NCBI GenBank assembly: GCA_965234725.1
Contig: CBDDUX010000003.1
Span: forward strand, 64,001-128,000
Direction of reading: 5' to 3'
From: Thermoplasmatota archaeon
GTDB lineage: Archaea; Thermoplasmatota; Penumbrarchaeia; Penumbrarchaeales; Penumbrarchaeaceae
DNA length: 64,000 bases
Part shown: one piece after another, positions 13,933-24,114 of the stretch
How the letters are laid out: every line of letters starts with the position of its first letter
How positions within the stretch are numbered: the first letter of the stretch is position 1
The notes under the pieces: model-generated
Database searches by the model: none
Seen by the model: the letters and a program-made list of their open reading frames with translations, nothing else
What the model was told of the DNA's origin: nothing
Made by a program: the position numbers and the translations under genes

Positions 13933-14832
13933 TCATTCCACCTCTTCTGGGGATGGTATATCAAGTTCTGCAGCCTCGGCCATTGCAAGTATCTTCTCTG
14001 CCTTCAGAACAATAGGCCGATCCACCATTTTCTTTCCAAGCGCAATGACCCCCCATCCTTTTTCTTTGGCGATCTGGATGGCCTTTTTCACTCTGACGGC
14101 ATAGATGATCTCTTCCTTCGTTGGGTTAAAGACATCATGGATGATCTCGATCTGAGATGGATGGATACATGCCTTGCCATCGAATCCCATCTTCCTGATC
14201 ATATCTGTTTCACTTCTGAGACCATCAGAATCGCTGAAATCGGAATATACCGTATCTATTGCCTGGATCCCTGCGGCTTTGGCTGCCAGGACGATCAACT
14301 GCCTTGAGGTATGTATGGCAATACCATCGGATGATCTGATGCCACCTAGGTCAGCTGTTAGGTCTTCTCCGCCAATGGTTATTCCTTCCAGCCTTTTAGA
14401 GCAGAATGCGATCTCCTTTGAGTTGAGAATGCCCTTTGCAGTCTCCATGGTTGCAAAAAGCTTGATCCTTCCGATCGGAAGTCCCTTCTTCTCTTCCATT
14501 TCAGTTACAAGTTCATCGACTTGGATAACATCCTCTGGAGTTTCTGTTTTTGGGATATATATACCATCCAATCTGGGACAGACTATCTGCCTGATATCCC
14601 ATTTTCCCCAGGGTGTGCTGATAGGATTTATCCTTACGGTCACTTCCACATTTGGACCGAAATCCACTACCTTCAAAGCTTCAGATACGAGCATCCTCGC
14701 ATCTACTTTAAAATCGGGATGAACGGCATCTTCAAGATCGAGTGAGATAACATCGGCACCGTAAAGACCGGCGGGAGGTATCATTTTGGGATTATTACCA
14801 GGGACATAGAGTCTGGACCTTCTTAGCTTCAT
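13933..14832 (-). CDS. citE: Citrate lyase beta subunit (citryl lyase)
   Basis: RRSRLYVPGNNP, DLEDAV, VRIN, GEDLTADLG, GFDGKACIHPSQI. Confidence 0.9.
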   Translation of the reverse strand: MKLRRSRLYVPGNNPKMIPPAGLYGADVISLDLEDAVHPDFKVDARMLVSEALKVVDFGPNVEVTVRINPISTPWGKWDIRQIVCPRLDGIYIPKTETPEDVIQVDELVTEMEEKKGLPIGRIKLFATMETAKGILNSKEIAFCSKRLEGITIGGEDLTADLGGIRSSDGIAIHTSRQLIVLAAKAAGIQAIDTVYSDFSDSDGLRSETDMIRKMGFDGKACIHPSQIEIIHDVFNPTKEEIIYAVRVKKAIQIAKEKGWGVIALGKKMVDRPIVLKAEKILAMAEAAELDIPSPEEVE

Positions 14833-15116
14833 TCGAATGCACCACCCTTGATAGCAGCGGCCTTTATGCGGGCCACTATGGTGAAATTCAATGGGCTGTT
14901 TCCTTTTGACCAGACAAGAGCGTCTTCTATGCCCATGCCTATAAGGGTTTCATGAAAGAGCTTGAATACCTCATCTCTGAACACATCTCTGGATTTCCCC
15001 TCTATCTCGATCTTTATACCTGTTCCAGGTTCCGCAGGGCTGAGTTTTACTATGCAATCCTCTCTCTCTTCGGTCCCTGCGATCCCTTCCCTTTTCAACT
15101 TATACGTCAATGTCAT
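14829..15116 (-). CDS. citD: Citrate lyase acyl-carrier (gamma) subunit homologue lacking the attachment Ser
   Basis: 95 aa; AGTEERED aligns to the CitD motif AGTLES(S/G)D; C-terminal TIVARIKAA; overlaps the citE start (ATGA). Confidence 0.8.
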   Translation of the reverse strand: MTLTYKLKREGIAGTEEREDCIVKLSPAEPGTGIKIEIEGKSRDVFRDEVFKLFHETLIGMGIEDALVWSKGNSPLNFTIVARIKAAAIKGGAFE

Positions 15117-15143
15117 TTTATCGCCTTTTCTTATTTATCATGA

Positions 15144-17066
15144 TCAGGATATTTGGTTCCTGGTATAGTTCAGAGTGCCTCCCTCTCTAATGACCTCAAT
15201 TTCCCTATCAGAAAGGTCATGGACAAGTGAGATCTTGAGGTTCTTGTTCTTAACTTCCAGGATAAGTTCTCCGGAAAGATCCGATAATCCTATTTGCAGA
15301 AGATCTCCCTGTTCAAGCAGATCGTAGTCCGATTGGTCCTTGAAGGTAAGGGGGAGAATTCCAAAGTTTACCAGGTTAGCCCTATGTATCCTGGCGAAGG
15401 ATTTCACGATAACAGCTTTAATTCCAAGATATTTTGGAGCAAGGGCAGCATGTTCCCTTGAGGAACCCTGACCGTAATTATCCCCTCCGATGATGAATCC
15501 GCCTCCCTTTTCAAGTGCCCTTTTTGGGAAGGTCTCATCGACCTGAGAGAAAACGTATTCAGATATTGCAGGAATGTTCGATCGAAGAGGTAGGATCTTC
15601 GCTCCTGCAGGCATGATATGATCGGTTGTAATATTGTCCTCTACTTTGATAAGAACCTCACCCTCCGCGGAAACCGGTAGTTCATGGAAATCAGGGAGAG
15701 GTTTGATGTTTGGCCCTCTGATTATTTCTACCTTACTAGCTTCATCAGCCGGGAGAGGATGTATGAAAAGGTTGTTATCCACGAGATAGGATTCAGGTTC
15801 CTGGACTTTGGTGAACTTTCCCAGTTTCCTTGGATCGGTTATTTTACCGAAAAGAGCTGTTGCAGCTGCAACCTCAGGGGAGACCAGATAGACATCTGCG
15901 TCCTTTGTCCCCGACCTTCCAGGGAAGTTCCTGTTGAAGGTCCTGACAGATACTGCACCGGATTTTGGTGCAAGTCCCATTCCGATACAGGGACCGCAGC
16001 CAGACTCAAGTATCCTGAATCCTGCCTCAACAAGGTCTCCGTATGCACCAGTTCTTACCATTTCCCTGATGATCGTCCTCGAACCGGGTGATATGGTCCC
16101 TGAGATGTCCTCATGGATCCTTCGTCCTTTTACAGCATTAGCTACGGTCATCAGGTCCCTGAAAGAAGAGTTAGTACAAGACCCGATACAAACTTGGTCG
16201 ACCTTCATTCCCTCTAACTCTGATATCTCTACCACTGATCCTGGGGAATGGGGTTTTGCTGCCATGGGGACAATTGAGGATAGATCGATCTCCATTATTT
16301 CATCATAGACAGCATCCGGATCCGCCTTGATCTCAACCCATTGTTCTCCCCTTCCCATAGCCTCCATGAACTTCTTTGTAACATTGTCTGAAGGGAATAT
16401 CGAGGTTGTAGCACCGGTCTCCGTGCCCATGTTGGTCACTGTGGCTCTGTCAGGTACGGAGAGGGTAGAAACCCCCGGACCGAAGTACTCAAGGATATAT
16501 CCTCTTCCACCCTTGACATCCAATCTTTTCAGTACTTCCAGAATAATGTCCTTACCAGATACCCAATCCGGAAGCTCTCCTGTTAGTTTTATCCCCAAGA
16601 TCTTGGGGTACTTCAATTGGAATGCTCCACCAGCCATTGCAACCGCAATATCCAGACCTCCAGCCCCGATAGATATCTGACCGATACCTCCGGCGGTGGT
16701 TGTATGGGAATCCGATCCGATCAATGTCTTTCCTGGTTTTGAGAACCTTTCAAGGAAGACCTGATGGCATATACCATTCCCAGCCTTTGAGAGGACAATG
16801 CCATATCTCTTTGCAATGGATTGAAGATATCTGTGGTCATCGGCATTCTTGAAATCGGATTGAAGCATGTTGTGATCGATGAAGGAAACGGAAAGTTCCG
16901 TCTTGACCCTGTCGAGGTTCATGGCCTCGAATTGCAGGTACGCCATTGTCCCAGTAGCATCCTGGGTCAAGGTATGGTCCATTCGTATCGCGATCTCTTC
17001 TCCAACTTTTTCAGTTCCTTCCACTAAATGCTCTTTAAGGATCTTCTGAGCCAAGGTAAGTCCCAT
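15144..17066 (-). CDS. acn: Aconitate hydratase (short ~640-aa type)
   Basis: TQDATGT, DHN, GICHQ, DSHT, IGSCTNSS, CGPCIGMG, NRNF, NITTDHI, NYGQGSSREHAA. Confidence 0.9.
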   Translation of the reverse strand: MGLTLAQKILKEHLVEGTEKVGEEIAIRMDHTLTQDATGTMAYLQFEAMNLDRVKTELSVSFIDHNMLQSDFKNADDHRYLQSIAKRYGIVLSKAGNGICHQVFLERFSKPGKTLIGSDSHTTTAGGIGQISIGAGGLDIAVAMAGGAFQLKYPKILGIKLTGELPDWVSGKDIILEVLKRLDVKGGRGYILEYFGPGVSTLSVPDRATVTNMGTETGATTSIFPSDNVTKKFMEAMGRGEQWVEIKADPDAVYDEIMEIDLSSIVPMAAKPHSPGSVVEISELEGMKVDQVCIGSCTNSSFRDLMTVANAVKGRRIHEDISGTISPGSRTIIREMVRTGAYGDLVEAGFRILESGCGPCIGMGLAPKSGAVSVRTFNRNFPGRSGTKDADVYLVSPEVAAATALFGKITDPRKLGKFTKVQEPESYLVDNNLFIHPLPADEASKVEIIRGPNIKPLPDFHELPVSAEGEVLIKVEDNITTDHIMPAGAKILPLRSNIPAISEYVFSQVDETFPKRALEKGGGFIIGGDNYGQGSSREHAALAPKYLGIKAVIVKSFARIHRANLVNFGILPLTFKDQSDYDLLEQGDLLQIGLSDLSGELILEVKNKNLKISLVHDLSDREIEVIREGGTLNYTRNQIS

Positions 17067-17235
17067 TTGAAGCCTCCACTGATTGAAACCCCTCTGAGGG
17101 TTGAAGGTTAATTCGAAAAGCCCTATTTATATATTACTGAAATTTGATATTCTGTTTTCCTTTGCGAAATAATGGAAAGAAAAATTTGTAAAGAAGCTCA
17201 ACAATTCATCATATTTAAATAATAGATTACCAATC

Positions 17236-18369
17236 ATGGAAAAAGTGTCAATGATGAAGGGATTATCAACCACAGAGAAGCTTGTCTTCATGGGTCTGAT
17301 CACCTATCCGGACAATAAGGATACAGAGATAGCAGAGATGCTTTCACTTCCAAATTCCACCTTCGCATCGGTAAAATCAAGGATAATGGAGGAAGGTTTT
17401 CTTTACGAGAGATATATTCCCATATTTCCGAACCTTGGATTCGAACTTCTTGCTGCAGTTTACAGTGATTTTAACCCATCTGTATCAGTTGATGAAAGGA
17501 TAGCAAATACCCGAAGGACCGTTGAGATATATCCGGAGATGATACTCTCAATGGGAGAATCCCATAGAGGTTTCTCACTTTCAGTAGCAGAGAATATAAC
17601 CCGGATAATGAGGATATCCCACCAGAGGATGAAGATCCTTGCCGATCTGAACCTTCTGGAGATCGAGTTACCAAGAGAAGTGATATTCCCATTCGAGATG
17701 TCCACAATTCACCGTTTCTTCAACCTGGCCCCCCTCCTGTATGCAAAGCTTTCTGGCGAAAGAGACCTGGTAATGAAGGATATCTCGGGTCTTGAGAGGG
17801 ACATATACAAGAAGGACCCCATCCTTCAGGTAAAGTACCCCAATAGCAAGAAGAGACCGGTGGATGTGAACTTATCTCGGAAGCAGTTGGAGATATTGTA
17901 CTACCTGATAAAACACCCGGAACTATCGGCCTCTCGGCTTTCCACCATCATTCCTTATTCCAGGCATACGATCTCTCGTGCAAGGGAGATGTTAATTGAG
18001 GAAGGATATTTGGCCTGCACTCGTATACCTGATCTTTCCAAATTGGGTTATTCGATGCTTTCACTATTCCATGTGAAGATGGATCCAAAAAACCCCATTG
18101 ATCCTCAGGTATGTAAGAGGAAGGAACTCCTCCAGGATGATACCGTATTCTTTGTATCGAGACCCACAGAGCTGATGATGCTGGCTGTTTACGAGAATTA
18201 CCCACATTATAATAGAGGGATGTCCATATTCAGCCAATATTTGAAAGTCGAGGGATACATGTCAACGATCCCCACGATAAGGAATCATTCTCTTTCCGAG
18301 GCAGTCTGGATCAAGAAGTTCATTCAACATCCGATAATAAAGGATGCTTTCCACCTTGATATTGATTGA
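17236..18369 (+). CDS. Internally duplicated Lrp/AsnC-like transcriptional regulator
   Basis: Two copies of a wHTH followed by P-x-(F/L)-xx-LG(F/Y) and an effector-like domain; divergent from acn. Confidence 0.7.
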   Translation: MEKVSMMKGLSTTEKLVFMGLITYPDNKDTEIAEMLSLPNSTFASVKSRIMEEGFLYERYIPIFPNLGFELLAAVYSDFNPSVSVDERIANTRRTVEIYPEMILSMGESHRGFSLSVAENITRIMRISHQRMKILADLNLLEIELPREVIFPFEMSTIHRFFNLAPLLYAKLSGERDLVMKDISGLERDIYKKDPILQVKYPNSKKRPVDVNLSRKQLEILYYLIKHPELSASRLSTIIPYSRHTISRAREMLIEEGYLACTRIPDLSKLGYSMLSLFHVKMDPKNPIDPQVCKRKELLQDDTVFFVSRPTELMMLAVYENYPHYNRGMSIFSQYLKVEGYMSTIPTIRNHSLSEAVWIKKFIQHPIIKDAFHLDID

Positions 18370-18412
18370 ACCGGGAAAGGATTATAAGTTATTAATGGAC
18401 AATATAGTGACC

Positions 18413-19099
18413 ATGGAGGAGGTAGTCGGTCTATTCTTGAAGCTTGCCTTAACCCTTCTTCTTTCAGGGATCCTGGGTATTGAGAGGGAGGTTACCGGAC
18501 ATAAAGCAGGGATGAGGACCTTGATCCTTGTTGGTATAGGTGCCGCTTCACTTGTAATGCTCGTTGATCGATTGGATATTCCAAAAGCAGAACTAGGCAG
18601 GATAATAGCAGGTGTTGCGACCGGTATAGGGTTTCTTGGTGCTGGTGCAATTATAAAAGAAGGGATAAATGTAAAGGGACTCACCACCGCAGCCACCATA
18701 TGGGTGACCTCTTCCATCGGGGTGGCAGTAGGTTCAGGTGCTTACTATATTGGGTTCATTACCTTTGCATTCACATTGATAGTCCTTACGATATTCGGGG
18801 TCATAGAAAGGAAGTTCAGGCTCAAACCCAAGGATGGGATCTTGAAGATATCGCTCGAGAAGAACGCTCCGATACCAAGGAAATATCTAAAACAGCTTCA
18901 GGAGAGCGGCGCCAGATTCCCAAGGATCAGTATCGATTCAATAAATAATAAAAAAATTGTGACGATCGATATGGAACTTTCAAGGAAGATGCAGATCCTT
19001 GATCTTATTGATAAGGTAGAAGAGTTCGATGGTGTAAAGAAGGTCGAATGGGAGGACCTTGAAATGAAAGGAACTTCCAATATTCTGAATTCAATATGA
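18413..19099 (+). CDS. MgtC/SapB family membrane protein
   Basis: GIERE, AGMRT, RIIAGVATGIGFLGAG, GLTTAATIW; the start could also be 18395. Confidence 0.88.
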   Translation: MEEVVGLFLKLALTLLLSGILGIEREVTGHKAGMRTLILVGIGAASLVMLVDRLDIPKAELGRIIAGVATGIGFLGAGAIIKEGINVKGLTTAATIWVTSSIGVAVGSGAYYIGFITFAFTLIVLTIFGVIERKFRLKPKDGILKISLEKNAPIPRKYLKQLQESGARFPRISIDSINNKKIVTIDMELSRKMQILDLIDKVEEFDGVKKVEWEDLEMKGTSNILNSI

Positions 19100-19133
19100 A
19101 ACCGGATCATGACCCGTTCATTTTTATGGTCTT

Positions 19134-21143
19134 TTACTCACCAGATACCTCTAGCCATCTGTATGCTGATCTTGTATAATCCTGGAAATAACCCCTGTCG
19201 AAGGAGTTACCAGTGCAGAGATAGGATACTATCCTATACAATCCTGGTCCACCCTCTTCCTCTTCCAGCATGAAAGATACAGTGAATGTCTTTTTTTCAT
19301 TCGATGATATATTGAAAGAATGATCCAGTGAGGATATATGGTCACCTCTCAGGTTGTAGATATTGATCCCGAGAAATGCCTCCACATCGTCCTCATCGGA
19401 CAATACTGAATATTGATGCTTCAATGTATCCTTGAATCCGTCACCATCCTCGTCGGTTGTGGTGCAGGAAAGAAGGGCAGTATCGAAATGGAGGACTTTT
19501 GGGGCTCCTGCACCTTCGAGATGATCGAAGTACGTTGAAAGCAGAGCCGTCCATGATGTGTCTTTTGCAAACTTCAGATCTGAATAATCATTGTTCTGGT
19601 CCATAACATCCCTGAAATCCGGCGCGTAAATGGATAATCCCCTCAAACCCTCGATGGACCAACCTCCAACCTGAGTTGAATTGAAGTTCAATACAGCATT
19701 GCTGATATCGTCAAGAACGGTCTGTGACAGTTCTCTGATCGAAGATGTTTCCGTCAATTTCTGTATATTCTCAACGAAATCGAATAGATCGACAGCATCC
19801 GAAGTATGTCCCTCCTGTATGGGTTGAGCATACTTTCTTGCTATGTTCATATTATATAGTTCAGCGGACCCTGATTCTGCAATGGTATTTGAAAGTGTAT
19901 TCAAGGACCTTGCAATGGCATCCATTCCCTTCAGATCATAAACCCCCATGCTCATAGAGGTTTTTGAGCCCAGCTTTCCCATTTGGTCCAGATAGTCAAC
20001 CATGAATAGTTCCGAAAGAGAAGCGGGAGAGATGTATGGATCCTGTTTGAGCTTTCCAAGTGTGAGATAATCCCAACCGTATGCAGGCTCGGTGATCTCA
20101 GATCCTACCATAAGGTCGCAATATGGTGAGATCTCATAAGCTACCTCGAATGCAGACATAAGGCATGCATCGAATCCTAGAATATCCAGATCCCTTCCTA
20201 AATGGGAGGTTATCCTATCCAGAGCCCATCCCAGCTGGTCAATTTTCATGACCTCCTCCTCCTCAAGACTCTGTTCCCAACAGATCCCATCGGTTCCCGA
20301 ACCATGGTTCCATAGGATAAGGGCATTATGATCGGCAGGGTAATTATCCATGGACCAAGTAGCAAAATCCACAAGTTCCTCGGGGTCGGCCGAATCGATC
20401 TCGCCGATATCACTTAACTCCTCTGATGTGATCATTTCACTATCATCATCAAGGTCGATCCTGAACCTCTTTGCAGTTGTCCAATTGCCGTCGGTCCTAT
20501 CATCTTTGGGTGACAGGCTCTCCCATCTATCCAGTTGTACTATAATATTCACAAGGGAAGAAGATCCGATCGACTCCAGCTCATTGATATCTTTCAAAGC
20601 CCAGGATTCAAGATCACAATCGCTCATATAGATCATGAATGTCCATTTGGGAGGGGGTCGATAGACCTTCTCAAATGAGATACTGTCAGAGATATAATCA
20701 GCCTTTTCAGCCGTGATATTTACATTGAAGGTGCCCTCATCATTAAAAGAAGGCAATTCCACAAGTACCTCGAAATTACCATTGGGATCTGAAACAGACC
20801 TGAATTTTTTATCGGAGATACCAGGTATACTCACAGCGACTGATGCGCCATCGATGTCTGCACCCTTTTGGGTCTTGACCTCTCCGGAAAAGGTCATTCT
20901 TGAACCTGAGATCAGCAAGTCAGGACCATCTTTGATGGTAAGAACGAGTTCGGTGTTCTTCTCCTTTCCATCATCTCTTGACGATCCTTGATCATTTATA
21001 TCATAGACAATGTAATAAAAACCAGGGATCGTGAGAAGAAGGAACATCAGAAGTATGACCACTATGACATATAATGCTCTGGATGGAGATCTGGCCTTGA
21101 CCTCAATGGCTCTAATGCTCCTTCCGGTATATCCATTGGTCAT
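19134..21143 (-). CDS. Membrane-anchored clostripain-family (C11) peptidase
   Basis: N-terminal TM helix, Ig-like segment, WTFMIYM..DLE, LILWNHGSG (His), LGFDACLMSAFEVAYE (Cys); start adjusted from 21278. Confidence 0.85.
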   Translation of the reverse strand: MTNGYTGRSIRAIEVKARSPSRALYVIVVILLMFLLLTIPGFYYIVYDINDQGSSRDDGKEKNTELVLTIKDGPDLLISGSRMTFSGEVKTQKGADIDGASVAVSIPGISDKKFRSVSDPNGNFEVLVELPSFNDEGTFNVNITAEKADYISDSISFEKVYRPPPKWTFMIYMSDCDLESWALKDINELESIGSSSLVNIIVQLDRWESLSPKDDRTDGNWTTAKRFRIDLDDDSEMITSEELSDIGEIDSADPEELVDFATWSMDNYPADHNALILWNHGSGTDGICWEQSLEEEEVMKIDQLGWALDRITSHLGRDLDILGFDACLMSAFEVAYEISPYCDLMVGSEITEPAYGWDYLTLGKLKQDPYISPASLSELFMVDYLDQMGKLGSKTSMSMGVYDLKGMDAIARSLNTLSNTIAESGSAELYNMNIARKYAQPIQEGHTSDAVDLFDFVENIQKLTETSSIRELSQTVLDDISNAVLNFNSTQVGGWSIEGLRGLSIYAPDFRDVMDQNNDYSDLKFAKDTSWTALLSTYFDHLEGAGAPKVLHFDTALLSCTTTDEDGDGFKDTLKHQYSVLSDEDDVEAFLGINIYNLRGDHISSLDHSFNISSNEKKTFTVSFMLEEEEGGPGLYRIVSYLCTGNSFDRGYFQDYTRSAYRWLEVSGE

Positions 21144-21246
21144 ATTGGGCCTACCCAGGAGATCAAAGATCATCCCGAAGAAAAAATCAGTTGTTGGACA
21201 CTTAAAGGTTTCCGTCAAACGTTCAAAATGTGAGTCAACCAACATG

Positions 21247-22716
21247 TCATATCCTGTGGCGTCTGTTGATCTTTGCATCCTTTGATGTGGTCCAAAAAAT
21301 CGAAATGAAGAAATAGGATATTACTGCAAGCAGTAAAGAGGATACTATGATGGGAATGAATAATAATTCATTCTCGTTCCAACCTAGTCCATTGAAGATA
21401 TCCAAAGCTATGATCATCGATCCTGTAAGGAATAGCAGGGTCTTTCCGAGTTTCATACTCCAGAAGAACGGGATGAAGGCAAGTATTATGATATAGTATC
21501 CCGAATGGATCTTGGGAAATATCATTAAGAATAATAGTATGAAGAGCATAGAAGTGTTCAGAGTCCCAAATTCCCTTCTGAACGATAAAAGTAGGAGAAG
21601 GGATCCCAGAAGGACAATAACAGCCGTATTGATGAAAGGATAATAGCCGATCTCCCCGAGATACCTCCAGAGGGAGATCCCCTGAAGCTGACCTCCTGAG
21701 TCTCCGGTGAAGTAGAGTTTGGCAAATGTAGCTACACCGTCAGGTGAAAGATAAGTTACAGGAGCAAGGAAGGCTGCAAGGACGACCAAGGCAAAGATGG
21801 ATTTGAAGATCCTCTTGATCAATTTTTCTCTTTCGGATAACAAACCAGGCATCATCAGGAGGTGAAAGACCTTCGTTGCCATCCCGATCCCAATGAGCAT
21901 TGAAGCCCATGCTCCTCTTTTTCGTACGATGGCATGCACCGTCAGGACGAATAGGAATGCCACAATGATATCGTCCTGGACGGCACCGACCGTTGAATAG
22001 ATGGTCAAGGGATTGAGAACAAAAAGGGAACCATATACCACTGATCTCCATTTGCCATCAGGCCAGAATGTTCTCATCACCATGAAGGCTGACATCAGGG
22101 CAAAGAGGGCAAAGTATGTCCTGAATACGATGAATGATCCCCCCAGAAGTGCAGGGAGGATCCAGAATATATTGATCAATGGTGGATTTAGGGTAGGGAC
22201 ATCTTTGTAGATCATCCTGCCTTCGAGCAGGGTCTCTCCTCTGTCTTTGTAGAATGGAGCATCTGTCTCCTTCTTATATACCTCGATCTTCCAGGTTGTG
22301 TTCCTACCTTCCTCTCTTATCTTCTTCACATCACCATCAAGAAGCTTCCAGGTCCGGTTGTCATCATAAGGAGAAGAGGTATAGAGCTTGGTATGGTTCA
22401 CCAGTTCGAGTCTGATGGGAATATAACCACGGGGAGTAAGGACTCGAACATCGCTCCCATTTAAACCGAATTCAATGAAAAGCATGGTGTCGTTGGTTAT
22501 TTCACTATATTCCCAGACATCATCACTTGTGGCAAATAGATCATCCGGTCCTATGGTGACTGTGTAGTGGTCTTCCTGGAAATTCAGACCGGTATATACC
22601 AGTAAAGGTACATAGAATACAAGCCAGGCAGTAAAAATGGTGATAAAGGGATGGAGGGCAAGAGACTCTATCAACTTCCTCTTCAAAGGATGTTTGTTCC
22701 TTGCCCCTCCAGCCAT
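21247..22716 (-). CDS. GT-C-type (GT87-like) membrane glycosyltransferase
   Basis: Multi-TM protein with NPP, LNPLTI...QDDII, GMATK and HSGY motifs. Confidence 0.6.
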   Translation of the reverse strand: MAGGARNKHPLKRKLIESLALHPFITIFTAWLVFYVPLLVYTGLNFQEDHYTVTIGPDDLFATSDDVWEYSEITNDTMLFIEFGLNGSDVRVLTPRGYIPIRLELVNHTKLYTSSPYDDNRTWKLLDGDVKKIREEGRNTTWKIEVYKKETDAPFYKDRGETLLEGRMIYKDVPTLNPPLINIFWILPALLGGSFIVFRTYFALFALMSAFMVMRTFWPDGKWRSVVYGSLFVLNPLTIYSTVGAVQDDIIVAFLFVLTVHAIVRKRGAWASMLIGIGMATKVFHLLMMPGLLSEREKLIKRIFKSIFALVVLAAFLAPVTYLSPDGVATFAKLYFTGDSGGQLQGISLWRYLGEIGYYPFINTAVIVLLGSLLLLLSFRREFGTLNTSMLFILLFLMIFPKIHSGYYIIILAFIPFFWSMKLGKTLLFLTGSMIIALDIFNGLGWNENELLFIPIIVSSLLLAVISYFFISIFWTTSKDAKINRRHRI

Positions 22717-22766
22717 GGTCCCGGATGTATATTAACGGATATTTTTACCTTTTTACAAGATCGCTT

Positions 22767-23924
22767 TCAACTATCGGATGAAAGTAGGAATTCCTTGCCC
22801 ATCCTTTTAATACCATATTTTTCCTCGATATCCTTGAATTTCTCTAAGAGACGTGTCTTGTCTCCCATAGTGAGATATTTGTTTGCCAGAGGGAAATAAT
22901 ATTCCTCTTCCCTTTTAAGGTGCTCCCTCAAGATCTTGATATATCTTTTTAGAGCCCTTTTTAGCGCTATATGTTTCATGGAGGATCCGATTGACTTCCC
23001 AATAATGGCTGTTACTCCGCTTCCACAATCCGGACATTCTCCTTTGAAAGAGTAGTTACCAGTTTCCATCTGGAAGATCGTAGGTTCTTTCATGATGACT
23101 TTTTCCTTGCATTTCAGACAGTAGGCTGGAAAATCATCTATATGTTCCATTATATTGTAATCCTTGCTGGCTTCAGGGTCTTTATCAAGGCTCTCCTTGT
23201 AGCTTGTGAACAATTCCTTTATCTCTTCAACCACTGTTTCGAGTTTGACATGTTCTTCTTCGATCAACTTCGATGATGATTCCTTCAGGGTCTGATTCAC
23301 CTCTGACTGGGATTTTATCAATCTATCCATAAAGGCAATCGAGTACTCGTTCTCCTTATCCTGATGTATGCTGGTTTCGAGTACAAAAGATCTTCCTGAA
23401 AGCCAGTCCACCAATTTGTTCTTCGCTTCCTGATCGACCCTTTCGATCAGCTCCTCGAGCTTCTTTGCCTGAAACCTTAGGATACCGTGTTCGTCAAGCA
23501 GGTTTTCAACAGGGTCTGTTTCGCTCTTTTCAACCTCTTCAGGAAGTTCTAGGAAATAATCTATTGCTGTCTCCAACCTCTCCATGATAGTGCTCCTATC
23601 GTATGGTTTGGTGAGTAGATCATTGGCTCCCATCTCCGTGGCGTTCATTATATCATATCTACCACCCCTATCACCAGTGATGATGATATAGCAATCCCTG
23701 TTATTGTGGTGGTTGAGCTCCCTGATCTTGGTGGCCAGTTCAAGTCCATCGATGCTGGGGAGGTTCCAATCTAAAAATAAGATGGATATCTCCTCATCTT
23801 TTTTATATGCCGTTAGGACCTCTCCACCTGAATCAAGGATGATGGGATCGTGTTCCTGTGTCCTCAAAGTGTTGGCAATCATCGTCCTGTAAGCCTCATT
23901 CTCATCAGCTATGATAACCTTCAT
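22767..23924 (-). CDS. Receiver domain plus hemerythrin-like (HHE) domain with inserted Cys4 zinc ribbon, paralogue 1
   Basis: REC motifs LFLDWNLP, IITG and KP; HHE ligands DEH, HQDKE, EEH and HLKRE; insert YCLKC...ECPDC. Confidence 0.8.
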   Translation of the reverse strand: MKVIIADENEAYRTMIANTLRTQEHDPIILDSGGEVLTAYKKDEEISILFLDWNLPSIDGLELATKIRELNHHNNRDCYIIITGDRGGRYDIMNATEMGANDLLTKPYDRSTIMERLETAIDYFLELPEEVEKSETDPVENLLDEHGILRFQAKKLEELIERVDQEAKNKLVDWLSGRSFVLETSIHQDKENEYSIAFMDRLIKSQSEVNQTLKESSSKLIEEEHVKLETVVEEIKELFTSYKESLDKDPEASKDYNIMEHIDDFPAYCLKCKEKVIMKEPTIFQMETGNYSFKGECPDCGSGVTAIIGKSIGSSMKHIALKRALKRYIKILREHLKREEEYYFPLANKYLTMGDKTRLLEKFKDIEEKYGIKRMGKEFLLSSDS

Positions 23925-24114
23925 AATCAGTCCCCTTTTATTTTTCCACAAAAGATTTTTGTGTATTTAAGGGATTGCCTTGAAATAAATGAGGAATAAT
24001 TGGCAATGCAAGAAAAACTGAATAAGGCAATTTCATCTAAACCGGATGACTTGTATTCAAGCCAATATTGGACCTCAATGTGAAATAAGATCGGATCAAA
24101 TATTCATCGATCGA

